Notes: generated by a model not told the origin, from the letters alone. DNA of 64,000 bases from Octopus vulgaris (GCA_951406725.2 OX597824.1:25358001-25422000); one strand, 5' to 3'; shown: positions 43,403 through 55,604, counted from the first letter of the stretch. Program-made: numbers and translations.

Positions 43403-43871
43403 AAAACAAACCTGTTTTTGTAATCCAGATTTTCCATCCCATCTAAGCACAGGAATAAAACATTGGATTGAAAGAACTGAATAGTGGTATAAATATCACC
43501 AGAATTATTTCTTCTTCCTCTTTTTCTTCTTTCTTCCCTTCTCCAACGACACCCCTTCCAGATTCACAGGCGCCCACACACACACACGCACATACACACA
43601 CACACACACACACATACCTTCACAAAACAATAATAAAAAGAAATCCAGATAATTCTTTTTTGAAATTGCCAATTTCTAAAAACCAAAAATCATTTACAGT
43701 TGCAAAAATATAAACAAAAGTGGCACTCTAGAACATTACTAAAAGCCAATGACTGGTTACTCTTAACAACTTGAACATTCCTCCCTAACACTCCTTTCAG
43801 ATACAAAGACACAAACACACGCACCACACACGCGCGCACATAAACACACACACACACTCTCTCTCTCTCTC

Positions 43872-45392
43872 TCACAAGACAATGATAAAAAGGAAATGCA
43901 ATTTATGATCGTCTGTCTTCTTGACTATATCCGGGTCTGATCCTTGGTCTCTGCTGTTTATTATTTTTTGGATGATACCCTTGATTGTGCCCTCGATATT
44001 GCTCTGCATTTTGCTCTCCGATGTGCCCAATATTTTACCATTGATTTTGCCCTCGATATTGCTCAGCATTTTGCTCTCCGATGTGCTCAATATTTTAACA
44101 TTGATTTTGCCCTCGATCTTTTTTATTCCCGATGTCTCCGAGATTGTACCATTGATTCTGCCCTGGATATTGCCCTGCATTTCGCTCTCCGAGGTGTACA
44201 AGATTTTAGCATATATCTCTGCATTTTGCTCTTCGGTGATATCTCTCTGCATTTTGCTCTCCGGTGTGTCCAAGGTTTTATCATTGATAGTGACCTTCAT
44301 CTTTTTCAGGACTGCAACCTCATCTCCTGTACCCTCAATTGGGTACAAGATATTTCCCTCCGTATCTCCGAGTTCGAATATGCCCGTTACTGTGCCCGTG
44401 AATGTGCCCTTGATTGTGTCTGTGACGGTCCCTTTGTATTTAAAAGACCTGTTGATTATATCCTTCAGGGCGTCTTTGAGATCTTGATTGCCCTTATTCT
44501 TTAATATCTCCTCCAAAATACTATCTGTAAAATAAGTAAATTCCTCCATATCTTTGACCCTTTCGAAAATTTTCAGGTGTTCATCTGCGGATTTCAAAGC
44601 CTCGCCAAGTAGTTTATTAAGCAGGAGAACAGTTTTGTGTTGGTAAGCCGTGTTATGTAGTCGATATCGTGAATAAAACATATCATAGAAATTTTTAAGC
44701 GTTTTGTCTCTGTAGCATATTTCACCATCTATTACTTTGGACATTTTCATCATTCTTTCGTGATCAAAGGATGTTCCAATGCCAAGAAAATGGGAATCTC
44801 TGGCCAGGTAATCCCATTTATCAACGTCGATGTTATAGTCTGCATTGTTGACGATTTGGTAAAGAAAGTTTGGTCTCTGAGATTTTTCTGGTTTACCAGT
44901 AATGAGATGTTTTATGAAATCAATTTCATCAGACTTAAGTTCTCCTTTAATATGTGGGTTCTTTTTAAAAAGATGCTCCAACATTTTACATGATGCATCT
45001 TCATGTTCCCACTTTTTACCTCCATCTTCCTTGAGATACTCGTTGATAATTTCTTGAAAGGCATGAGAAAAAGGCGCATGTCCTAAATCATGACACAAAC
45101 CAGCGATTTCAACACACAGTATATCTCGATCAGATATTTCCAGACCGGAATCTTGCTGCTTAAGATGGCGAATCATTTTCCCAGCTAGATGACATGTTCC
45201 CAGACAATGCTCAAATCTATTATGTGAAGCTGATGGATAAACGTAATAACACAAACCTAGTTGTTTGATATTACGTAATCTCTGAAATTGTACTGTATTA
45301 ATAATTTTAACACAGAGTGGTGAAAATTGCATGGATCCATGAATAGCGTCCTGAAAAACCTGATCCGGACGTGTATCGTTTGTGTTAGCCAT
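43872..45392 (-). CDS. SAMHD1: Intronless SAMHD1-like HD-domain dNTP triphosphohydrolase, copy 1 (no SAM domain; C-terminus truncated and replaced by 12 element-derived residues)
   Basis: DAIHG, QFQRLRNIKQLG, HNRFEHCLG, GLCHDLGHAPFSH, WEHE, DVDKWDYLARD, RYRLHNTAYQHK. Homology to copy 2 ends at 43910; the DYG..NP..FY / LPEKF tail is missing. Confidence 0.93.
   Translation of the reverse strand: MANTNDTRPDQVFQDAIHGSMQFSPLCVKIINTVQFQRLRNIKQLGLCYYVYPSASHNRFEHCLGTCHLAGKMIRHLKQQDSGLEISDRDILCVEIAGLCHDLGHAPFSHAFQEIINEYLKEDGGKKWEHEDASCKMLEHLFKKNPHIKGELKSDEIDFIKHLITGKPEKSQRPNFLYQIVNNADYNIDVDKWDYLARDSHFLGIGTSFDHERMMKMSKVIDGEICYRDKTLKNFYDMFYSRYRLHNTAYQHKTVLLLNKLLGEALKSADEHLKIFERVKDMEEFTYFTDSILEEILKNKGNQDLKDALKDIINRSFKYKGTVTDTIKGTFTGTVTGIFELGDTEGNILYPIEGTGDEVAVLKKMKVTINDKTLDTPESKMQRDITEEQNAEIYAKILYTSESEMQGNIQGRINGTISETSGIKKIEGKINVKILSTSESKMLSNIEGKINGKILGTSESKMQSNIEGTIKGIIQKIINSRDQGSDPDIVKKTDDHKLHFLFIIVL
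43976..44290 (-). repeat. Coding ~60-bp (20-aa) tandem repeats inside SAMHD1-like copy 1
   Basis: ttgatt(g/t)tgccctcgatattgctc(t/a)gcattttgctctccgatgtgc.caatatttta.ca units at 43981 and 44041, a 51-bp unit at 44101, and degenerate units from 44152; peptide KILxTSESKMQSNIEGxIxG. Confidence 0.9.
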
Positions 45393-45687
45393 TATAAAAT
45401 TGTTAAGAATATATCTAACTTACATTCACTTTGTCGTTTATGTTGCTGGTAGTCGTTTCGTTGCTGTTGTGTTTGTTAGTTTCGTAATGTGGAGTAGAAA
45501 TATAAATTATCCAAATATGTCCAGTTGAATATTTCTAACATTTGATTTGAAATGATCTCAGTCGCATTGGCATGAAATATCTGGTGTTTCAAATAATATA
45601 AGCGATCAGTAAGTCTCTGCGTGGTTGGTAGAAAGAACACGAAATGAACTATGTTGTTTTATGAAAAATCAGCTGACGACTACACCC

Positions 45688-45715
45688 ACTTCCTTATAAC
45701 ACAACTTTCACTTTA
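45688..45715 (-). promoter_or_regulatory. Candidate IRF-binding element + TATA-like + ETS motif upstream of SAMHD1-like copy 1
   Basis: Minus strand TAAAGTGAAAGT-tgtgt-TATAAGGAAGT about 300 bp before the ATG; motif match only. Confidence 0.4.
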
Positions 45716-45756
45716 CATCTTCAACATCACTAGCAATAACATTTAATAATATCGAA

Positions 45757-45807
<51 letters not shown>

Positions 45808-46477
45808 CAGCAGCAGCAGCAGTAGTATTCGTCGTCGTCGTCGTCGTCGTCGTAGTAGTAGTAGTAGTAGTTGTAGTAGTAGTAGTAGTAGTAGAAGTAG
45901 TAGTAGTAGTATCACATTCGGATTTAACTACTGCGCAGAAAAGTCCGTTGTTTTCACACATGTATACGCGTGTGCATGTGTATGTATATGTGTGTGTGTG
46001 TGTGTGTGCATGTGTATGTATGCGTGTGTGTGTGCGTGTGTGTGCGTGTGCGTGTGTGTGTGTGTGAATGAATAGATGTATGTAAATGTATGCGCGTAAT
46101 GTTGGAACGAGGCAAATGTAGTGTCGTTAGCATTTTCTCTAGAATACCAGCAATAACGCCACTCCTCTGAAAAATCAACAGTGGCAACAAGAACTACAAC
46201 AACAAAAGTAAAAAAAAAAATCTTACTTTCGTAGACATCAGTTAAGAAACTACGAAATTACAGTAGCAATACCTTTGGAAAAGGGAACGAATATTATTTT
46301 CTGGATTTTGATAAAAGAAATACATGTTCACAGATGACAATGGATTAACTTCCGTAAAATACAATCTTCAGTTACTTTCATTTTCTTAAAAGACCGCGTA
46401 AATATATAACATAAGTTATGGCTTAGACATGGTGTGCTTCATATGGAAGTATATTGAGAAGCCAAACGTCTTCAGAA

Positions 46478-46854
46478 ATCTCTCTATATAAAAGTGAAGT
46501 TGTGTGAGTGTCTGTCTCCTACGATTTAGATTCCTAACTACTCCTACATTTTGCGGTGCAGTTTCATATCGAGCCTTTCTGGGTATTAGCGCGCGTCTAC
46601 GATGAGTCTACGATTTTTAAAATAATTTAACATCATTTTTTAAACATTTTAACGCATATTTTTTAAATAAATATTTATTTTTTAAATAAACTCTCTAAAA
46701 ATATCTACGATGAGTCAACGATTTAAAAAAAATTTACCATAATTTTTTTTCCATTTTTAATGCATTTTTTGCTATTTTTTGGCTATAACTCTCTAAAAAT
46801 GATTTATAGTTATTTCCCTTACAAACCCGAGCAACGCCGGGCGATACTGCTAGT
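46478..46854 (-). mobile_element. Helitron-like non-autonomous element (copies at 53906-54261, 56130-56405, 56433-56740)
   Basis: Ends actagcagtatcgcccggcgttgctcgggtttgtaaggg and ...cacacaacttcacttttatatagagag on the minus strand. Confidence 0.7.
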
Positions 46855-47110
46855 TTTGATATAAATCTTTTAGATCAGGTGAAATATATTTGGTACATAT
46901 TTGACCTCTACAAACTGACCAATAAATACAAGTAATATAACGAGTTATCCCCTTCAATATAATTACAAGATTAAGGGAGACTATTCATTCTGAAGCTTCT
47001 CTACTCAAATGTTTTTCTTAGAGAAAATGTCAGCAATTTTAAGGAAAGGGTCAAGTCGCTTACATCAACAAAATATGCTCAATTAATACTTATTTTATCG
47101 AACCTTAAAG

Positions 47111-47442
47111 GGATCTTTTCGGTTTGAACAGCAGTTTTTGCTAGCGGTGTCATATAAATTTGTCACCCATAATTATGACTCTAGTATCGATCTATTGTAT
47201 TTCAATCTATTTTAGGGTTAGGCTTAGGGGTGGGGGGAAGGGTGTCTTTTTTTTTTCAGAAGTGTAAATAAACCCAATCTGTTTCTTAAACGAGGGACAT
47301 ATTCATACGGCACAGAATGTTTTCACCTCAATAGACGTCACTGATTAGTTGAAATTGCAGAAATTGAAGGAAAAAACAACAAATATCTTACAAACTATAG
47401 AATTTTCTCAATAAAGCCAAGAGAAAAAGATGTTTTATAAAC
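47111..47442. mobile_element. MITE-like fragment with ggatcttttcggtttgaac end and TTAGGG-like internal motif (also 54518-54850, 60589-60915)
   Basis: The same terminal sequence begins both orientations of the shared internal segment. Confidence 0.65.
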
Positions 47443-47566
47443 AGATATGTAAAGCGAAAGAAGTTAAATTAAACATCCATGTACGTGCGTGCGTGCGTGC
47501 GTGCGTGTGTGTGTGCGTGTGTGTGTGCGTGTGCGTGTGTGTGTGCGTGTGTGCGTGTGTGTATGT

Positions 47567-47598
<32 letters not shown>

Positions 47599-47950
47599 AA
47601 CCCCTTTTTTTCATTTTTTTAGTATTATCCTTTTGCTTTCCTATATTTTTTACTGGATATTTGATGAAGGAAACCCGTGTACGGCTGACATGGATTATCT
47701 TTGGTGAAATTAAATTTACAGCTACTTTCATTTTCTTAAAAAGAAGACGTAAATGCATAACAGAATGTATGGCTAGGGGATGGCGTGCTTCCTATAGGAG
47801 TATGCTGAAAAGGTAGTAGTATTAGTAGTTGTAGTAGTAGTAGTAGTGGTGGTGGTTTTGTTGTTGTTGTTTTTGTTGGTGGTGGTGGTTTTGTTGGTGG
47901 TTGTGGTGGTGGTGGTGGTGGTGGTTGCGGTGGTGGTTGTGGTGGTGGTG

Positions 47951-47982
<32 letters not shown>

Positions 47983-48159
47983 GGTTGTGGTGGCGGTGTA
48001 GTAGTAGTAGGAGTAGTAGTAGTGGTGGTGATGGTAGTAGTAGTAGTAGGAGTAGTATTAGTGGTGGTGATGGTGGTAGTAGTAGTAGTAGTGGTGGTGG
48101 TGATGGTGGTGGTTTTGTTGTTATTGTTTTTTTGGTGGTTGTGGTTGTGGTGGTGGTAT

Positions 48160-48220
<61 letters not shown>

Positions 48221-48468
48221 AGTGGTGGTGGTGGTGGCGGTGGTAGTAGTAGTAGGAGTTGTAGTAGTGGTGGTGATGGTGGTAGTAGTAGTAGTGGTGG
48301 TGGTGGTGGTGGTGGTCGTGGTGGTTGTAGTAGTAGTATTAGTAGCCCCAGGAGCAACAGATGCGTCACCGATATTAATTGTAGTTGTAGTTTATAGTAG
48401 CGTGCAATTTTCACTTTAACTACTGCGCAAAAAGTTCGTTGTTTTTACATGTGTATACGTGTGTACGT

Positions 48469-48525
<57 letters not shown>

Positions 48526-49383
48526 AATAAAACAAACCTGTTTTTGTAATCCAGATTTTCCATCCCATCTAAGCACAGGAATAAAACATTGGATTGAAAG
48601 AACTGAATAGTGGTATAAATATCACCAGAATTATTTCTTCTTCCTCTTTTTCTTCATTCTTCCCTTCTCCAACGACACCCCTTCCAGATTCACAGGCGCC
48701 CACACACACACACGCACATACACACACACACACACACACATACCTTCACAAAACAATAATAAAAAGAAATCCAGATAATTCTTTTTTGAAATTGCCAATT
48801 TCTAAAAACCAAAAATCATTTACAGTTGCAAAAATATAAACAAAAGTGGCACTCTAGAACATTACTAAAAGCCAATGACTGGTTACTCTTAACAACTTGA
48901 CCATTCCTCCCTGACACTCCTTTCAGATACAAAGACACAAACACACGCACCACACACGCGCGCACATAAACACACACACACACACACACTCTCTCTCTCT
49001 CTCACAAGACAATTATAAAAAGGAAATGCAATTTATGATCGTCTTTCTCCTCCTTTTCTTCCTTTCCTTGTTTTTCTTTAACACTCCTTTAAGATGCAAA
49101 CGCACACACACACGCACACACACACACATGCTCTCTCTCACTTTCTTCCCTCTTGTTCTATCTTATATCCCTCCCCACCACTACACATTCAATAACACTA
49201 TAAAATGGTCAAATGTTTTCCCCAAGATCTTAGACACCCCCCTTGGAGTAAACATCCTGACCAACTACAAAAGTAACCAGCAAAACAATATTTTCTTCTT
49301 CCCTCTCTCCCTTTTCTTTCTTTCCTTCTTTTTCTTTAACTATTCTTTCAGATACAAAAACACACACGCACGCACACACACAC

Positions 49384-49450
<67 letters not shown>

Positions 49451-49903
49451 TGATCTCTATCACTTTCTCTCCATTCATCACCCTCTTGTACTATCTTATA
49501 TCCCTCCCCACCACTACACACTCAATAACACTATAAAATGGTCAAAATTTTTCCACAAGAACTTAGTTCAATTTGAAAACTCCACCAGAATGGACGAAAG
49601 CGCTAATATATGATATATGATATAAGTTATATGATGTATAAAAACATGTAATATACAAATAAATATCTGTAAATATAAAACCATCCGAATTTCTGAGTAC
49701 CTCATTTCTTCTAATATAAAATACTTGTACATCATCTCCAAACATTCTAATAAACAAATGGAAGTAAATAACTATATACATATATTTTTTTATTTCATTT
49801 ATTTTTATTTTTATTTTTTAAACATTTTATTTATATTTATTACTATTATTACTATTATTATTGTTATACATATATACATACATACACAATAATAATAATA
49901 ATG

Positions 49904-49976
<73 letters not shown>

Positions 49977-50440
49977 GTGGGTATAAACACATGAACAAAA
50001 TAAGAATAAACAAAAACAAAAACAAATTACACGAACGTATATAAACAGGAGATACAAATATTACAGGCGTTTCCCCCCCCCCCCCCCATACACAAACACA
50101 CACACACACACTAACTAAACATAGACGCACATAGAGATATACGCATGCGCAAATGAAGACATATACAATAGAAATACAAAATGGTTGACGGTTAGTAAGG
50201 AGAGACACACAAATAAGAAAGAAGAAAGCAAAGGACCACTGCTGCGGTCACAGGAGTGTGACGAAAGAACTCTGGCCGAAATAAGATTAAGATTAATGCA
50301 AAAAATAAATAACGATGAAGCAAAGTAAAACCAAATATATAGTGCGTGTGTTTTTATTAGCTAAACTAGCAAAATGACCATTCCTAAATACAACAATATC
50401 TGTTTCAACACACGATTTCACATCAAAAATCTCGCAAAAT

Positions 50441-50514
<74 letters not shown>

Positions 50515-51116
50515 CACATACATACATACACATACACATATGACTCAATGAGAGGTTATAATTTTTGAATGTAAGAAATACGCGTTAAAAATTAAAGAAA
50601 TCGAAGACATTTATTTGGTAAACAAAGAATATTTCTTATAGAAAAGTAAAAAAAAAAAGTTAAATTAGGAAAAAAATTGTTGTTCGCATATTATTTTTAG
50701 TCTTTGAAGTTTGAAATAGTTTCAATATATTTAAAAAATTTTTAATTCTTACCAAATTTTAAGTAAAGAATAAATGTTTCTCATATGTTTCGAACGTGAC
50801 TCAATGGGAGGATTCAATTTAGAAGTAAGGAAATATATGTTTATTTTTTTTCAAAAATGTTGAGAGTTTCTTAAAAGTAAAAATTTCCCATCAAAAAGTT
50901 CTTTTAATTTAGATAGAGAATATTGTCCATTTAGTATCAATCTTTCAATAGTTTCAATGTATTTTTATAATATTAAAGTTTTATCAAGTTTCATTACTTA
51001 TCTCAATCTGCGTCCATGGTTTTGTTTTCTTTCATTGGTTATAATCAATCTGATTTTTTGTTATTGATTTTTCTCTTGAATGTTGTCTTCGTTGTTTTTT
51101 CTTTTGTTTTCCTTAA

Positions 51117-52783
51117 TTATTTTGTTATTTCAAAACAATGACTGGTTTTCATTTCAAATTTCTCTGGCAGAAAAAGCATATTTTCCAGTTCTTCATGGTT
51201 ATCGTACGTATATTTCCTTTCATTTCTTGTATAGAATGGTATTTTCAATAGTGGGTTATTTTCTTTAGCTCCATAGTCAAAATGGGCTGTGCAGATCACG
51301 TCTGTCGTCTTGACTATATCCGGGTCTGATCCTTGGTCTCTGCTGTTTATTATTGTTTGGATGGTACCCTTGATTGTGCCCTCGATATTGCTCTGCATTT
51401 TGCTCTCCGGTGTGCCCAATATTTTACCCTTGATTGTGCCCTCGATATTGCTCTGCATTTTGCTCTCCGATGTGCTCAATATTTTAACATTGATTTTGCC
51501 CTCGATCTTTTTTTTATTCCCGATGTCTCCGAGATTGTACCATTGATTCTGCCCTGGATATTGCCCTGCATTTCGCTCTCCGAGGTGTACAAGATTTTAG
51601 CATATATCTCTGCATTTTGCTCTTCGGTGATATCTCTCTGCATTTTGCTCTCCGGTGTGTCCAAGGTTTTATCATTGATAGTGACCTTCATCTTTTTCAG
51701 GACTGCAACGTCATCTCCTGTACCCTCAATTGGGTACAAGATATTTCCCTCCGTATCTCCGAGTTCGAATATGCCCGTTACTGTGCCCGTGAATGTGCCC
51801 TTGATTTTGTCTGTGACGGTCCCTTTGTATTTAAAAGACCGGTTGATTATATCCTTCAGGGCGTCTTTGAGATCTTGATTGCCCTCACTATTTAATATCT
51901 CCTCCAAAATACTATCTGTAAAATAAGTAAATTCCTCCATATCTTTGACCCTATCGAAAATTTTCAGTTTTTTATGTGCGGATTTCAAAACATCGCCAAG
52001 TAGTTTATTAAGCAGGAGAACAGTTTTGTGTTGGTAAGCCGTGTTATGTAGTCGATATCGTGAATAAAACATATCATAGAAATTTTTAAGCGTTTTGTCT
52101 CTGTAGCATATTTCGCCATCTATTACTTTGGACATTTTCATCATTCTTTCGTGATCAAAGGATGTTCCAATGCCAAGAAAATGGGAATCTCTGGCCAGGT
52201 AATCCCATTTATCAACGTCGATGTTATAGTCTGCATTGTTGACGATTTGGTAAAGAAATTTTGGTCTCTGAGATTTTTCTGGTTTACCAGTAATGAGATC
52301 TTTTATGAAATCAATTTCACCAGACTTAAGTTCTCCTTCAATATGTTTGTTCTTTTTAAAAAGATGCTGCAACATTTTACATGATGCATCTTCATGTTCC
52401 CACTTTTTACCTCCAGTTTCCTTGCGATACTCGTTGATAATTTCTTGAAAGGCATGAGAAAAAGGCGCATGTCCTAAATCATGACACAAACCAGCGATTT
52501 CAACACACAGTATATCTCGATCAGATATTTCCAGACGGGAATCTTGCTGCTTAAGATGGCGAATCATTTTCCCAGCTAGATGACATGTTCCCAGACAATG
52601 CTCAAATCTATTATGTGAAGCTGATGGATAAACGTAATAACACAAACCTAGTTGTTTGATATTACGTAATCTCTGAAATTGTACTGTATTAATAATTTTA
52701 ACACAGAGTGGTGAAAATTGCATGGATCCATGAATAGCGTCCTGAAAAACCTGATCCGGACGTGTATCGTTTGCGTTAGCCAT
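51117..52783 (-). CDS. SAMHD1: Intronless SAMHD1-like dNTPase, copy 2, full-length but with a 2-bp frameshift in a T8 run (~51508-51515)
   Basis: ORF 52783-51476 (435 aa) continues in a second frame to 51117 with AHFDYGAKENNPLLKIPFY...LPEKF (SAMHD1 C-lobe). Copy 1 has T6 at the same site; correcting gives ~554 aa. Pseudogene or sequencing error. Confidence 0.9.
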
Positions 52784-53144
52784 TATAAAATTGTTAAGAA
52801 TATATCTAACTTACATTCACTTTGTCGTTTATGTTGCTGGTGGTCGTTTCGTTGCTGTTGTGTTTGTTAGTTTCGTAATGTGGAGTAGAAATATAAATTA
52901 TCCAAATATGTCCAGTTGAATATTTCTAACATTTGATTTGAAATGATCTCAGTCGCATTGGCATGAAATATCTGGTGTTTCAAATAATATAAGCGATCAG
53001 TAAGTGTCTGCGTGGTTGGTAGAAAGAACACGAAATGAACTATGTTGTTTTATGAAAAATCAGCTGACGACTACACCCACTTCCTTATAACACAACTTTC
53101 ACTTTACATCTTCAACATCACTAGCAATAACATTTAATAATATC

Positions 53145-53210
<66 letters not shown>

Positions 53211-53251
53211 CAGCAGCAGCAGCAGCAGTAGTATTCGTCGTCGTCGTCGTC

Positions 53252-53295
<44 letters not shown>

Positions 53296-53296
53296 T

Positions 53297-53335
<39 letters not shown>

Positions 53336-55213
53336 TCACATTCGGATTTAACTACTGCGCAGAAAAGTCCGTTGTTTTCACACATGTATACGCGTGTGCA
53401 TGTGTATGTATATGTGTGTGTGTGTGTGTGCATGTGTATGTATGCGTGTGTGTGTGTGTGTGCGTGTGTGTGCGTGTGCGTGTGTGTGTGTGTGAATGAA
53501 TAGATGTATGTAAATGTATGCGCGTAATGTTGGAACGAGGCAAATGTAGTGTCGTTAGCATTTTCTCTAGAATACCAGCAATAACGCCACTCCCCTGAAA
53601 AATCAACAGTGGCAACAAGAACTACAACAACAAAAGTAAAAAAAAAAATCTTACTTTCGTAGACATCAGTTAAGAAACTACGAAATTACAGTAGCAATAC
53701 CTTTGGAAAAGGGAACGAATATTATTTTCTGGATTTTGATAAAAGAAATACATGTTCACAGATGACAATGGATTAACTTCCGTAAAATACAATCTTCAGT
53801 TACTTTCATTTTCTTAAAAGACCGCGTAAATATATAACATAAGTTATGGCTTAGACATGGTGTGCTTCATATGGAAGTATATTGAGAAGCCAAACGTCTT
53901 CAGAAATCTCTCTATATAAAAGTGAAGTTGTGTGAGTGTCTGTCTCCTACGATTTAGATTCCTAACTACTCCTACATTTTGCGGTGCAGTTTCATATCGA
54001 GCCTTTCTGGGTATTAGCGCTGAGTCTACGATTTTTAAAATAATTTAACATCACTTTTTTTCCATTTTAACGCATATTTTTTAAATAAAGGGAAGTAACT
54101 CTCTAAAAATATCTACGATGAGTCAACGATTTAAAAAAATTTACCATAATTTTTTTTCCATTTTTAATGCATTTTTTGCTATATTTTGGCTATAACTCTC
54201 TAAAAATGATTTATAGTTATTTCCCTTACAAACCCGAGCAACGCCGGGCGATACTGCTAGTCTTGATATAAATCTTTTAGATCAGGTGAAATATATTTGG
54301 TACATATTTGACCTCTACAAACTGACCAATAAATACAAGTAATATAACGAGTTATCTCCTTCAATATAATTACAAGATTAAGGGAGACTATTCATTCTGA
54401 AGCTTTTCTACTCAAATGTTTTTCTTAGAGAAAATGTCAGCAAATTTAAGGAAAGGGTCAAGTCGCTTACATCAACAAAATATGCTCAATTAATACTTAT
54501 TTTATCGAACCTTAAAGGGATCTTTTCGGTTTGAACAGCAGTTTTTGCTAGCGGTGTCATATAAATTTGTCACCCATAATTATGACTCTAGTATCGATCT
54601 ATTGTATTTCAATCTATTTTAGGGTTAGGCTTAGGGGTGGGGGGAAGGGTGTCTTTTTTTTTTCAGAAGTGTAAATAAACCCAATCTGTTTCTTAAACGA
54701 GGGACATATTCATACGGCACAGAATGTTTTCACCTCAATAGACGTCACTGATTAGTTGAAATTGCAGAAATTGAAGGAAAAAACAACAAATATCTTACAA
54801 ACTATACAATTTTCTCAGTAAAGCCAAGAGAAAAAGATGTTTTATAAACAGATATGTAAAGCGAAAGAAGTTAAATTAAACATCCATGTACGTGCGTGCG
54901 TGCGTGTGTGTGTGTGTGCGTGTGTGTGTGCGTGTGCGTGTGTGTGTGCGTGTGTGCGTGTGTGTATGTGTGTATGTGTGTGTGTGTGTGTGTGTGTGTA
55001 ACCCCTTTTTTTCATTTTTTTAGTATTATCCTTTTGCTTTCCTATATTTTTTACTGGATATTTGATGAAGGAAACCCGTGTACGGCTGACATGGATTATC
55101 TTTGGTGAAATTAAATTTACAGCTACTTTCATTTTCTTAAAAAGAAGACGTAAATGCATAACAGAATGTATGGCTAGGGGATGGCGTGCTTCCTATAGGA
55201 GTATGCTGAAAAG

Positions 55214-55260
<47 letters not shown>

Positions 55261-55564
55261 GGTTTTGTTGTTGTTGTTTTTGTTGGTGGTGGTGGTTTTG
55301 TTGGTGGTTGTGGTTGTGGTGGTGGTGGTGGTTGCGGTGGTGGTTGTGGTGGTGGTGGTAGTAGTAGTAGTAGTGGTGGTGGTAGTGGTTGTGGTGGCGG
55401 TGGTAGTAGTAGTAGGAGTAGTAGTAGTGGTGGTGATGGTAGTAGTAGTAGTAGGAGTAGTATTAGTGGTGGTGATGGTGGTAGTAGTAGTAGTAGTGGT
55501 GGTGGTGATGGTGGTGGTTTTGTTGTTATTGTTTTTTTGGTGGTTGTGGTTGTGGTGGTGGTAT

Positions 55565-55604
<40 letters not shown>

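Larger units (their letters stand above)
42787..49602. mobile_element. Foldback-like element with long modular inverted arms, now enclosing SAMHD1-like copy 1
   Basis: 42787-42940 is the reverse complement of 49445-49602; 43015-43310 is the reverse complement of 43615-43914 and 48742-49044; both outer ends abut TA-rich sequence. Confidence 0.7.

Noticed and set aside
43921-44504. Plus-strand hydrophobic repeat ORFs (188 aa, 186 aa; also 51333-51878)
   Set aside because: Antisense shadows of the SAMHD1-like repeat insert; no independent evidence of coding.
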